Positions 31,580 through 41,697 of a DNA stretch of 64,000 bases are shown here, piece by piece. The notes below the pieces were generated by a model. The model was not told where the DNA came from and did no database searches. It saw only the letters and a list, made by a program, of their open reading frames with translations. The DNA is from an uncultured delta proteobacterium. Lineage in GTDB: Bacteria; Desulfobacterota; BSN033; UBA1163. Made by a program: the position numbers and the translations under genes. The stretch spans positions 128,001 to 192,000 of the forward strand of contig CAWHBU010000002.1 of NCBI GenBank assembly GCA_963827685.1. Reading direction: 5' to 3'. Position 1 is the first letter of the stretch, and every line of letters begins with the position of its first letter.

Positions 31580-32944
31580 ATGAAGCTAGATTGCATAATA
31601 AAGAATGGGAATTTGGTCATTCCTAAGCAAGGAATTATGGAGGGATCGATAGGAATTAAAGACGAAAAAATTACAACGATAGCAACAAGCCTGGATTTCG
31701 CAGCTGCAAAGGAGGTGATTGATGCTAAGGGAAACTATGTGTTGCCCGGGCTCATTGAGCCTCATGCTCACTTTGGGATTGGGTCACAGCTGGACGAAGA
31801 TTTTTTAACAGAAACAAGGTCGGCTGCCACTGGTGGTATAACCACGATTCTTACCTACTATCGACAAAAAGAACCTTATGAAGATGTTTTTTATAAAATT
31901 ATAACTCTCGGAGAGGAAAGATCATATATCGATTTCTCAATACACCTAGGCGTTTCATCGGAGGAACATATAAAAAGTATACCAAAATATATAAATGACT
32001 TCGGAATTACCTCTCTTAAGTTTTTAATGGGGTATAAAGGAGAGGATGCAAGAAGAATGAATTCAGCCGAGATGACCGATGGTATTCTTTACGATGCTAT
32101 GTTGATCTTGAAAGAGTATAAAGGGGCCTTGCCGTGCATTCATGCTGAGAACATTGAGCTTATTTGGAGCATAAGGAAAAGACTAATAAATCAAGGAAGA
32201 TCAGATCCTACTGCTTGGTCGGACTCTCGACCGGACTTTACAGAGTCTGAATATGTCAGACGTGCACTTTTTCTGTCCGAACTAACGGGGTGCCCGATCT
32301 ATATTGTTCACTTGAGCTCTAAAAAGGGGTTAGAGGAGTTAAAGGCATCTCGACCACATTACTCAAGAGTATTCGTAGAAACATGCCCTCAGTATCTAAC
32401 ACACACGAAAGAACTAATGATTGATAATCTTTTGAAGGTAAATCCTCCGATTCGTTCGAAGGAGGATATTGATGCACTTTGGGACGGAATAAAAGATGGT
32501 TATATTCAGACCCTAGGCTCGGATCATATAGCTAGCAAAACGGAAAGTAAGAAGGGAAGTATTTGGGACGCTAGTTTGGGTTTTGCAGGAACAGCCACCT
32601 TGCTTCCTGTCCTATTGAGTGAGGGTGTTCACAAGAGGAAAATTTCTTTAGAAAAGGTTGCAGAGATAACATCTTATAACGTCGCAAAAATCTTTAATCT
32701 CTATCCAAAGAAGGGTAGTATTAAGATTGGGTCTGATGCAGACCTGACCATTATAGATTTGGAGAAAGAAAAAATAGTTAAACATGCTATGTTGAATTCT
32801 TCCTCGGATTTTTCGATTTATGAAAATTGGCATTTAAAAGGGTGGCCAATACTTACAATGGTAAGAGGAAATGTCGTGATGAGGGATGGTGAAGTAATTG
32901 GCAAAAGAGGATTCGGGAAGTTTATTAAAAGAAACCTTCTTTAG
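31580..32944 (+). CDS. Cyclic amidohydrolase (dihydropyrimidinase/allantoinase/dihydroorotase family)
   Basis: PGLIEPHAH, GGITT, SLKF, IHAEN, IVHLSS, ETCPQYL, NPPIR, GSDH. Confidence 0.92.
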   Translation: MKLDCIIKNGNLVIPKQGIMEGSIGIKDEKITTIATSLDFAAAKEVIDAKGNYVLPGLIEPHAHFGIGSQLDEDFLTETRSAATGGITTILTYYRQKEPYEDVFYKIITLGEERSYIDFSIHLGVSSEEHIKSIPKYINDFGITSLKFLMGYKGEDARRMNSAEMTDGILYDAMLILKEYKGALPCIHAENIELIWSIRKRLINQGRSDPTAWSDSRPDFTESEYVRRALFLSELTGCPIYIVHLSSKKGLEELKASRPHYSRVFVETCPQYLTHTKELMIDNLLKVNPPIRSKEDIDALWDGIKDGYIQTLGSDHIASKTESKKGSIWDASLGFAGTATLLPVLLSEGVHKRKISLEKVAEITSYNVAKIFNLYPKKGSIKIGSDADLTIIDLEKEKIVKHAMLNSSSDFSIYENWHLKGWPILTMVRGNVVMRDGEVIGKRGFGKFIKRNLL

Positions 32945-33211
32945 CTGTTTTTTACTTTTAGAATGATGGCAATCATTCTTTGTATGAAAGGGTAATTATT
33001 AAAGTGCATCTAGTGTAATGTCTCATAAATAGCTTTATTAAATATGAGTTCGATGATAGCAACAATTTACGTTAAGTTTTGCCAATTTAAAAGGACCACA
33101 ATGTCAAATGTGATATTGCCTCTTGCCTGAGGGAAAAGTCCCCTGTTTCAGCAACCCATCCCGAGGTGGAGGAAAGATCAAAGCCGATTTAACTATTGGG
33201 GAGGATTTACA

Positions 33212-34093
33212 GTGAAAGAATTTGATTATGCATGTCCAACTTCAGTTAAAGAGGCAGTCTCAATAATAGCGGACCACAGGGGAGAAGCTAAAATCCTAGC
33301 AGGTGGAACAGATTTGTTAAATCTCATGAGAGGCGGGAAACTTTCGCCAAAATTTATAGTTTCAATGAGAAATATATCGGAATTCCGAGATGCCAAAATG
33401 CAGGATGGATTTTTAAGTATTGGAGCTTTTAGCACTTTACATAATGTCGCGAGATCAGAGATTATCAAAAGCAAATATCAAATTCTGTGTGGTGCTATTG
33501 AGCAAATGGGATCATTTCAGATTAGAAACAGAGGTACAATTGGAGGTAACATCTGCAATGCCTCTCCGGCCGCGGATACAGTAGCTCCTCTTATGGTTCT
33601 CGATGCCGAGGCAATAATACAAGGGCCACACGGTAAACAGAGAAAATCAATAACAGATTTTTTTAAAGGACCAGGAGAGACAATTCTTGCAGACGATGAG
33701 ATCCTAACGAACATAATGCTTCCTGAAATCAAAGGTAACAGTAATGGATTATATATAAAACTAGGTAGGCGTAAAGCCTCCGAGATTGCTATCGTAGGAG
33801 TAGCCGTCTATATAAATTTGGATCCATCTAATGAACATATCAGCGATATAAGAATAGCAATTTCATCGGTAGCGCCAAAACCTTTGAGAGTATTCGATGC
33901 CGAATCAATTCTAAAAGGACGAGTTATAGACAGCCAATTGGTTGAAAAAACGGCGTCTGTTGTTAGTCAGGCTTCAGATCCGATCACCGATGTCAGAGCA
34001 TCGAGAGAATACCGAAAAGAGATGGTTCGGATTCTGACGATAAGGGCTATCACAGATATTGTTTCGGGACTCAAGGAGAACCCTAGGGAATGA
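33212..34093 (+). CDS. Xanthine-dehydrogenase-family FAD subunit (CoxM/XdhB-like)
   Basis: AGGTDL, QIRNRGTIGGNICNASPAAD, DVRASREYR. Confidence 0.93.
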   Translation: MKEFDYACPTSVKEAVSIIADHRGEAKILAGGTDLLNLMRGGKLSPKFIVSMRNISEFRDAKMQDGFLSIGAFSTLHNVARSEIIKSKYQILCGAIEQMGSFQIRNRGTIGGNICNASPAADTVAPLMVLDAEAIIQGPHGKQRKSITDFFKGPGETILADDEILTNIMLPEIKGNSNGLYIKLGRRKASEIAIVGVAVYINLDPSNEHISDIRIAISSVAPKPLRVFDAESILKGRVIDSQLVEKTASVVSQASDPITDVRASREYRKEMVRILTIRAITDIVSGLKENPRE

Positions 34094-34220
34094 AGGTTAT
34101 ATCAAGACAGGGTTTAGTTTGCCGGTATCGAATTACTGAAATCAGACCTTATAACGTTAGTCAAGGACCCTTAAGTAATTTGCGGAATCTAGAACTGACA
34201 CAACGGGAAAGGACAAAAAA

Positions 34221-34697
34221 ATGAAAAGGAGGATTGAACTCAAGGTAAATCAAGAAATATACGAGCTTGAAGTCGAGCCAAGGTCTACATTAGTGAAAGT
34301 CATTCGGGAAAATCTGGGGCTGATAGGAACTAAGTGCGGGTGTGAGAGAGGAGAATGTGGCTCTTGTACTATATTGCTGGACGGATTGCCTGTAAATTCT
34401 TGTCTCATTCTTGCAGTTGAAGCTGAAGGATCTGAGATCTTAACCATAGAGGGTCTAGCTCGAGATGAAAAGCTTCATGTCCTCCAGAAAAATTTTGTAG
34501 AACATGGTGCCATTCAATGTGGGTTTTGTACTCCAGGAATGATTATGACAGCTAAGGGTCTTTTGGATATGAACCCTAGGGCAACAGAGGAAGAGGTGCG
34601 CCAAGCTATAGCCGGTAATTTCTGTCGCTGTACAGGATACGCTCAGATAGTAAAAAGCATTCTATTATCTACCGTAGATTATAAACAAGCTTATTAG
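34221..34697 (+). CDS. Xanthine-dehydrogenase-family 2Fe-2S subunit (CoxS-like)
   Basis: GCERGECGSCT, QCGFCTPG, GNFCRCTGY. Confidence 0.95.
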   Translation: MKRRIELKVNQEIYELEVEPRSTLVKVIRENLGLIGTKCGCERGECGSCTILLDGLPVNSCLILAVEAEGSEILTIEGLARDEKLHVLQKNFVEHGAIQCGFCTPGMIMTAKGLLDMNPRATEEEVRQAIAGNFCRCTGYAQIVKSILLSTVDYKQAY

Positions 34698-34954
34698 TTT
34701 TGCTTTAAGGAGTTTTTATCAAGTATAAGATTTTAGTTTAAAGCTTGTTATACGCCAATAATCACTTTGTTAAGAAATGGATTCTTTAGAAATAAGATTT
34801 TTCCCTAAGTTGCACAAGATATAAGCAGGACTGCTGATAAATTAGGGGTAAAGCGAAAGATGATGTATATTGAGGAAAATTTTGGGAATGGAAGCAAATT
34901 TGTTTAAGATTGATGGGTACCATTATTTTTAGAACTGAAAATTAGAGGACGGCA

Positions 34955-37285
34955 ATGCAGAAAGACGATTATAATGTGATAGGGAAGAATTTTAGTAAAG
35001 TTGAGGCAATTCAAAAAGTTGTTGGAAATTTGAAATATGCTGGCGATATATTTTACCCCAACTGTCTACATGGAAAAGTACTTAGGAGTCCACATGCACA
35101 CGCAATAATAAAGAGAATAGATACTAATAAAGCGGAGAAGCTTAAAGGTGTGAAGGCGGTTATTACCTACAAGGATGTTCCAAAAATTCCAACTACACAT
35201 AATTCTATTTATCTTTTCCATGTACAATGCTTCGACAGTTTTATTTTGGAAGAAAAAGTGCGGCACGTGGGGGACAGAGTGGCTGCAGTTGCTGCAGTGA
35301 GCCCTGAGATTGCAGAAGAAGCCGCTGAATTAATAGAAGTTGAGTATGAGAAACTGCCAGCAGTTTTTAATCTTATTAAAAGTATGGAACCAAATGCTCC
35401 GGCAATTCATACCATCGTTAGAAGGGGCGCGAATCAAGTTGACATAAAGAATAACATCTTGGCGACCCGAAATATCGGAGATATCGAAACGGGAGATGTG
35501 GATAGAGGTTTTAAAGAATCGGATTTAATAGTTGAAAATGTATTTGAGACCTCTAGACCAAACAACGCTCCACTTGAAAGGACTGTTATTATTTGTTGTC
35601 CTGGGCCTGAAGGTACGCTCGAGGTTTATGCTACTACTCAAAGTATACATACGTTGCGGATGAGTCTGGCAGCTTCACTTGGGATCCCTCTTCATCTAAT
35701 AAATGTTCACCGCGTATATCTTGGTGGGGCTTTTGGTGCACATATTCATATGGGATTCGTTGAACCGATTTGTGCTTTTCTAGCCCTTAAAACAAAACGA
35801 CCCGTAAGAATGGAGAAGACAAGAAAAGAAATGTTTCTTTCGTGTGGACGTCATCCACAAATTATAAAGTTGAAGACCGGGGTTAAAAAAGATGGTACTC
35901 TTGTTGCTCAACACATGGATTTAACCGATGATACCGGCGCTTATGCTACAGGAGCAGAATCGAAGATGCTTCTCCCAGCAGGATTTTTTATGTCCATGTA
36001 TCGATGTCCTAATCAGCGATTTACTGGAAGAACCGTATATACGAACACGCCACCACTCTGTGCAATGCGCGGAGCAGGGAATCCGCAAGTCCACTTTGCC
36101 GTTGAATCACAGATGGATATGATCGCTGAGCAGTTGGGTATTGATCCGATAAAGATTAGATTAAAAAATCTCATCAAAGTGGGCGATACTGTTTATGGGT
36201 TCGGACATGAAAAATTGTACGTGATTCAAAGTGATGGTACTGAAGAGTTGCTGAGGGAAGGGGCTAAACTTATAAATTGGGAGAAGAGGAATAAAATTTG
36301 TTGTGATAAGTCGTGGCTAAGACGTGGTATGGGTGTTTCGAGAGGATTTCACATTTCAGGAATAGGGTCGGAAACCCCCTCCAAGTTTTATTTAGAATAC
36401 ACTGGTGCTATTGTGACAATTAATGGAAATGGAACCGCCAATCTTATCACAGCAAGTGTAGATGCAGGACCTGGGAGTAACACGGTTCATGCTGCTTTGG
36501 CGGCCGAAGAGTTAGGAGTCCGTTTTGAGGATGTTGTGGTTTGTGATAGCGATACAAATACAGCACCTTTTGATTGCCCTACCCATGCTAGTCGTAGTAC
36601 ATACGTCGTTGGATTGGCGGTTCAGAAAGCAGCAAAGCAGGCTAAAGAGATTTTGCTAAAATTGGCATCAGAGATTTTAGAGGCCCCAGCAGACATGCTC
36701 CAAGCAAAAGAAGGAAAAGTATACGTTGTTGGTAGACCCGAATGGTCAATAAGTATAGAAGAAGTTGTTCGCACAGCACAAAATAATAGTTGGGGAACCA
36801 TTATCGGATCTGCTTCCTTAAGGCCGACTACTCGCCCTCCTCAATTTACGGTTGCTTTTTGCGAAGTGGAGGTTGATACACAAACTGGTAATGTAAGGGT
36901 TGTACGCCATATTGCTGGACTTGATGCTGGAACAGTAATAAATAGGCATGCCATTGAGGGGCAGATAATAGGTGGAGTTCACATGGGTCTAGGATATGCT
37001 CTGCTTGAGGACACTATAATAGATGAAACCAATGGGAATGTTTTGACAACCGATTTTACTGACTATAAGACCTTTACAGCAGTTGACATGCCGTCAATAG
37101 TAACAATTATTGCAGATACGTTTGAACCAACGGGTCCATTTGGTGCAAAGGGATGTGGCGAGGGAGTGACCAATCCAGTTGCACCAGCAGTGTGTAACGC
37201 AATTTATAATGCAATAGGGGTTAGAATAAAAAAGTTACCCGTAACGCCTGAAAAAATATTGAGTGCATTAAGAGAAAATGGCTAG
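34955..37285 (+). CDS. Xanthine-dehydrogenase-family molybdopterin-binding subunit
   Basis: RSPHAHA, GGAFG, AMRGAG, ASRST, EGQIIGG, GAKGCGE. Confidence 0.93.
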   Translation: MQKDDYNVIGKNFSKVEAIQKVVGNLKYAGDIFYPNCLHGKVLRSPHAHAIIKRIDTNKAEKLKGVKAVITYKDVPKIPTTHNSIYLFHVQCFDSFILEEKVRHVGDRVAAVAAVSPEIAEEAAELIEVEYEKLPAVFNLIKSMEPNAPAIHTIVRRGANQVDIKNNILATRNIGDIETGDVDRGFKESDLIVENVFETSRPNNAPLERTVIICCPGPEGTLEVYATTQSIHTLRMSLAASLGIPLHLINVHRVYLGGAFGAHIHMGFVEPICAFLALKTKRPVRMEKTRKEMFLSCGRHPQIIKLKTGVKKDGTLVAQHMDLTDDTGAYATGAESKMLLPAGFFMSMYRCPNQRFTGRTVYTNTPPLCAMRGAGNPQVHFAVESQMDMIAEQLGIDPIKIRLKNLIKVGDTVYGFGHEKLYVIQSDGTEELLREGAKLINWEKRNKICCDKSWLRRGMGVSRGFHISGIGSETPSKFYLEYTGAIVTINGNGTANLITASVDAGPGSNTVHAALAAEELGVRFEDVVVCDSDTNTAPFDCPTHASRSTYVVGLAVQKAAKQAKEILLKLASEILEAPADMLQAKEGKVYVVGRPEWSISIEEVVRTAQNNSWGTIIGSASLRPTTRPPQFTVAFCEVEVDTQTGNVRVVRHIAGLDAGTVINRHAIEGQIIGGVHMGLGYALLEDTIIDETNGNVLTTDFTDYKTFTAVDMPSIVTIIADTFEPTGPFGAKGCGEGVTNPVAPAVCNAIYNAIGVRIKKLPVTPEKILSALRENG

Positions 37286-37404
37286 GCTGATATAAGGAAG
37301 TAGGGGGAGGATATAGGGTGAAAGCAGGTTAACTCTGAGAACGGAGGTACAGAAAAGATAAAGGGGAATGATAACGGGTAAAATAATCTAATAGGGTTAG
37401 CGAG

Positions 37405-38781
37405 ATGAGTAAAGAACACAATCTAGTAAGGTTTTGCCTTGATTTAAATTTTAATGATTTAAGTGGTGAATTAGTTGACCATACAAAAATAGTCGTTATG
37501 GATTCGATTGGGGTTATAGTCGCGGGATTTCATGCCAATCCTATTCATAAAAAATGGGCCCAAAGAACTAAAAACATTGCACCTGGTGATGCTACTATTC
37601 TGGGCGGAGATATCAAAGCTGAAGAAGCCTACACGGCGTTAGCTAATGGAATGGCTGGGACATCATTAGAATTGGATGAGGGTAATCGCTTTAGTGGAGG
37701 CCATCCTGCAATGCATGTTATTCCAGCAGCTTTAGCATTATCAGAAAAAAATAGTAGGAGCGGAAAAGAATTCATCACGGCGGTAGTAGCAGGTTATGAG
37801 ATTGCCTCAAGGGTTGGGAGAGCCCTAGCTCCTTTAAGAAAGGAGAGTCATCCGCACGGAATTTGGGGGGTGATGGGGGCTACGATTGCAAGTGCTAAAT
37901 TGCTGCGGTTAGATTTTAGTCAAACCTACCATGCCGCATCTATAGCTTCCAACTATTCCTTAAATACTTCTTTTGATACGGCACTAGAAGGGGCAACGGT
38001 CCGAGACTCTTATTGTGGTCTAGCAAATTGTTTAGGGATCTTATCAGTTCGATTAGCTCAAAATGGATTTACCGGGCTCAATGAAGGAATAGTTCGACAA
38101 TATACCCATCTCGGGCAAAATGGATTCCAGGAATCTTGCCTACTTGATTCCTTAGGAGAAGTATTTGAGATCTCTAGAAATTATTTTAAAGTTCACGCAG
38201 CCTGTCGGTATACACATGGAGCCTTAGATGCTCTAAATCAAATTATATTTTCCCATGGGCCTATCCCACCAGATGATATCGCTAAGATTGAAGTTTTTAC
38301 ATATAAAGCTGCTGCACGGCTCAGGGACCCTAATCCTAAGAATGCTCTTCAGGCTAAATTTAGTATTCCTTATGCGATGGCCGCTCGTCTCTTTTATGGA
38401 TCTAGCAGAATTGATTCGTTCAAAGATGAATCTATTACTGAGGAGGTCATCCAGTTAGCCCAGAAGGTGAAGGTCTCTGAGAATCCTGATTTTTCTTCTC
38501 AGCTTCCGAATAAGATACCAACAGAGGTAGTTGTGCATCTTTATAATGGTCAAAAATATTCTGCACTTATTGACATTCCTGAGGGCGATACTACAAAACC
38601 CTATTCTCCTCAAATTCTAAAAGAAAAATTTATAGCATTGATGTCTCCCCACGTAGGACCCGATAAAGTGGAAAAGATATTGAAAGTGATTGGAAAAATA
38701 GAAGATATAGAAAACTTACGAAGTTTCACACAACTTTTACATAATGGACCAGTTTCAAGTGATAAACGTATGAGGAGATAA
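37405..38781 (+). CDS. MmgE/PrpD-family protein
   Basis: DSIGV, LELDEG...GHP, AGYE, HPHG, FKVHAACRYTH, AKFSIPY. Confidence 0.9.
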   Translation: MSKEHNLVRFCLDLNFNDLSGELVDHTKIVVMDSIGVIVAGFHANPIHKKWAQRTKNIAPGDATILGGDIKAEEAYTALANGMAGTSLELDEGNRFSGGHPAMHVIPAALALSEKNSRSGKEFITAVVAGYEIASRVGRALAPLRKESHPHGIWGVMGATIASAKLLRLDFSQTYHAASIASNYSLNTSFDTALEGATVRDSYCGLANCLGILSVRLAQNGFTGLNEGIVRQYTHLGQNGFQESCLLDSLGEVFEISRNYFKVHAACRYTHGALDALNQIIFSHGPIPPDDIAKIEVFTYKAAARLRDPNPKNALQAKFSIPYAMAARLFYGSSRIDSFKDESITEEVIQLAQKVKVSENPDFSSQLPNKIPTEVVVHLYNGQKYSALIDIPEGDTTKPYSPQILKEKFIALMSPHVGPDKVEKILKVIGKIEDIENLRSFTQLLHNGPVSSDKRMRR

Positions 38782-38951
38782 AGATTCATTGAAAATATAG
38801 TTTATCGGTTAAGAATATTTAGACTAGAGTGCATGGTTTATGCGCAGGAATCATCTGTTTCAACACTTAGAAATACCAGTTACAGATTTTAAGAGGAAGA
38901 TAACCATAAGCAACCGTATTGTCTTAGTTAACGGGGTTACGGGGAAGTGTT

Positions 38952-39134
38952 ATGGAAAAAAGAGAAAAAGAAACTAATAGTATTTTGGGAGAAAAACTTA
39001 AAGTTATCAACATTGGGTTGGAGCTATTTTGCGATGAGTTAAAAAGCCAAGACGTAGAGGTGTTACAGGTAGATTGGGCTCCACCGGCGGGTGGGGACAA
39101 AGAAATAGCCAAAATTTTAGAAAGTTTAATCTGA
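38952..39134 (+). CDS. Small FdrA-associated domain protein (stand-alone FdrA C-terminal / YahG N-terminal module)
   Basis: VINIGLELFCDELKSQDVEVLQVDWAPPAGGD matches the INxG..F...L........W.P.AGG module. Confidence 0.8.
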   Translation: MEKREKETNSILGEKLKVINIGLELFCDELKSQDVEVLQVDWAPPAGGDKEIAKILESLI

Positions 39135-39310
39135 ATTCTTGGGCGGTAGGACTTTTTACATTGAAATGTGGGTTGGTTTGAACAAATGTGATTATATATT
39201 ATGACGTTGGTTTCCATATTTGCATGGATTTCAATTGGCATGATTTAAGTTGTCTATGCAAATCGTAAGGCAAATTTAGAGGTATCGAAAACTTACGAGA
39301 GTCCTTTATA

Positions 39311-40237
39311 ATGGAAATACTTAAAGCTATATCCTCAACTCCTGAAGTGTTAACCAAGATTTCCCAATCAAAAACATTGGGTAAAATCATTGGGGTTTAT
39401 GACCGAGCTTTGAATTTTCGACTGACTGATGGAAGCATTATAGGTGTTATAGAGATGACAGCAGGTAATTGTCCAGGCAATATTGTGATATCATGCTTTT
39501 CTAGTATTAATTCTGAAATCGAGGCTGGAACTAATGTATACCTATATCCGTCTTTTTTGCGGATAGGGGGTGTGCTAATTATTTCTCTTGAAAATATGAA
39601 ACTATGGAACCCAAAAGTGGGGCTTCAATCCAATTTATCTCACCAATCAATTATAGAAAACAAGGTGATTAAAATAATAGTAAAAACGAGAGGATCTGCA
39701 AAAGGGTCTGGACCACTTATCCCTTATGCCTTCCAAATCAGCCGCGGGTTTAACTTTTCTTCTCCAAATTCTGTATGGGGAAAACTTTTTGCGCCTCACT
39801 TAGTTGGTATTTGTCAGGGCATTATTGAGGGAGATCGCAAAAAAATAGAAGAAAACTTTTCGCAGATTATCGGAATGGGTCCTGGCCTAACTCCCTCAGG
39901 GGACGATATCATGGTCGGATTATTTGGTTCTCTTTATCCAATTCTTTGCTCCTTTGGGCAAGATCCTCTTTCTCTTCCCATATGGCCCTCTGTTGATTGG
40001 ATTAGAGGAACGACCTGGTTTGGGGATTCCCTTGTCTACCATAGCCTTAGGGGAGAACTCGCACAGCTGGTTCAGAGCGTTATTTTGGGAATTTTAACTG
40101 AAAAGGTAGATTTGGAGATCTCTTTACTTAAACTTCTAAGCATGGGGGCAAGCTCAGGACATGATACACTCCTCGGAATACTATTGGGAGTATTGGTAGG
40201 GTTGGAAATTAAGAAACAGAAAAATCTAAGTAACTAA
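39311..40237 (+). CDS. DUF2877 protein (YlbF/AllH/YahE homologue)
   Basis: IGMGPGLTPSGDD and GASSGHD motifs. Confidence 0.88.
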   Translation: MEILKAISSTPEVLTKISQSKTLGKIIGVYDRALNFRLTDGSIIGVIEMTAGNCPGNIVISCFSSINSEIEAGTNVYLYPSFLRIGGVLIISLENMKLWNPKVGLQSNLSHQSIIENKVIKIIVKTRGSAKGSGPLIPYAFQISRGFNFSSPNSVWGKLFAPHLVGICQGIIEGDRKKIEENFSQIIGMGPGLTPSGDDIMVGLFGSLYPILCSFGQDPLSLPIWPSVDWIRGTTWFGDSLVYHSLRGELAQLVQSVILGILTEKVDLEISLLKLLSMGASSGHDTLLGILLGVLVGLEIKKQKNLSN

Positions 40238-40306
40238 GCTAATAGGCTTTTCAGGATGATGTTTAATGCGGTATCAAAAAAAATGAAGTTTTTGCTGCTA
40301 ATTTTC

Positions 40307-40692
40307 TTGATGAATTGACAGTCAAGATAAATGTGAATTTAAAGGTGTTTCAAGCCGCCATGGATGAATATAATCAAACCTGTGATAGCAGGTATGATTA
40401 CCTATTTGCTAAGGAAGCAAAGTATTTGTAGCCCGGAAAACACCGAAGTTTTATGCCATAAAGTGTTACCCTCACTTTTTGGGTACCTTAGGGAGAATTA
40501 AGATCAACCATAAGACAGAGGTTCTGAGGAAAAAGGGTGAGGTAATCCCAGGAATTTATGCCATCGAGAACGATGGCGGAGGGGATGTACGGAGATAGTT
40601 TTGATCTATGGTCAACAGGTGGGGCATGGGGCTTTGCCGCTAATTCTGGGCGCATTGCTGGAGAGAATGTTCTGAGGCACATCGGCAAATAA
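40307..40692 (+). pseudogene. Remnant C-terminus of an FAD-binding (fumarate-reductase-like) flavoprotein
   Basis: Manual translation across one stop and frameshifts: LDEL...DEYNQTCDSRYDYLFAKEAKYL*...PKFYAIK...GTLGRIKINHKTEVL...VIPGIYA...GGMYGDS...GFAANSGRIAGEN. Confidence 0.75.
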
Positions 40693-40749
40693 TAGACCTT
40701 GACCAACTGGTAGCGAAACGAGCCTGCATCAAGAAATCATAGAGGTTGA

Positions 40750-41697
40750 ATGATGGATCCAAGGTTTGCTGTTCTGGCAATCGGGGGGAATTCTTTAATA
40801 AAAGATAAAAACAGCGTATCTTTATCCTCACAGTACGAAGCGGTCAAGGAGACAGCGAAATATATAGCCGATCTCATTGCAGAGGGCTTGAGCATCGTGA
40901 TCACCCATGGCAATGGCCCTCAGGTAGGTTTTATCTATAGAAGAGGGGAACTTGCCCGTCACGAGCTTCCTCTTATTCCCTTAGACATCTGTGGAGCTGA
41001 CACACAAGGGGCAATCGGGTACATGATTCAAAAAGCGCTTCTGAACGAGTTCCGCAAGAGGGGAATTAAGAAGAAGGTGACCGCAGTGGTGACGCAGACA
41101 ATTGTGAGCAGAGACGACCCGTCCTTTCAGTATCCAACAAAACCAATCGGTTCCTTTATGTCGGAGGAAGATGCCCTCGTCAGTAAGAAGGAATTCGGTT
41201 GGCAGGTTGTAGAAGATGCAGGTCGGGGTTACAGGCGTGTCGCTCCCTCCCCCGCATCGAGAGAGATCATTGAATTGGATGTTATCAAGTTATTGGTGGA
41301 AAGTGGTTACATTGTGATTGCTGCAGGTGGAGGCGGAATTCCTGTTATAAAGAATGAACAGGGTGATCTGGAGGGAGTTGAAGCCGTTATTGATAAAGAC
41401 CTAGGGTCTTCTCTTTTAGCCAGAAATCTTGGGGCAGATACTTTCATTATTTCGACGGCCGTTGATGCTGTCTATTTAAACTTTGGTAAGAAGCGTCAGA
41501 GACCTATTCGCCATGCCACTTTGCTCGAAATAAAACGACATTTGGCGGAAGGGCATTTCAAACCAGGATCGATGAAACCAAAAATCGAGGCCATTATTGG
41601 GTTCCTTGAAGGCGGCGGGAAAAAGGGGATAATAACCTCGCCGGAGAATCTCCTTGAATCGATTAGGGGGGGATGTGGGACGACGATCGTGAAATAA
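40750..41697 (+). CDS. arcC: Carbamate kinase
   Basis: AIGGNSL, THGNGPQVG, TQGAIGY, PTKPIG, EDAGRGYRRV, EAVIDKD, GSMKPK. Confidence 0.95.
   Translation: MMDPRFAVLAIGGNSLIKDKNSVSLSSQYEAVKETAKYIADLIAEGLSIVITHGNGPQVGFIYRRGELARHELPLIPLDICGADTQGAIGYMIQKALLNEFRKRGIKKKVTAVVTQTIVSRDDPSFQYPTKPIGSFMSEEDALVSKKEFGWQVVEDAGRGYRRVAPSPASREIIELDVIKLLVESGYIVIAAGGGGIPVIKNEQGDLEGVEAVIDKDLGSSLLARNLGADTFIISTAVDAVYLNFGKKRQRPIRHATLLEIKRHLAEGHFKPGSMKPKIEAIIGFLEGGGKKGIITSPENLLESIRGGCGTTIVK

Noticed and set aside
33212-37285. Aerobic CO dehydrogenase (coxMSL gene order)
   Set aside because: The AYxCSFR active-site loop is absent (AMRGAG instead).
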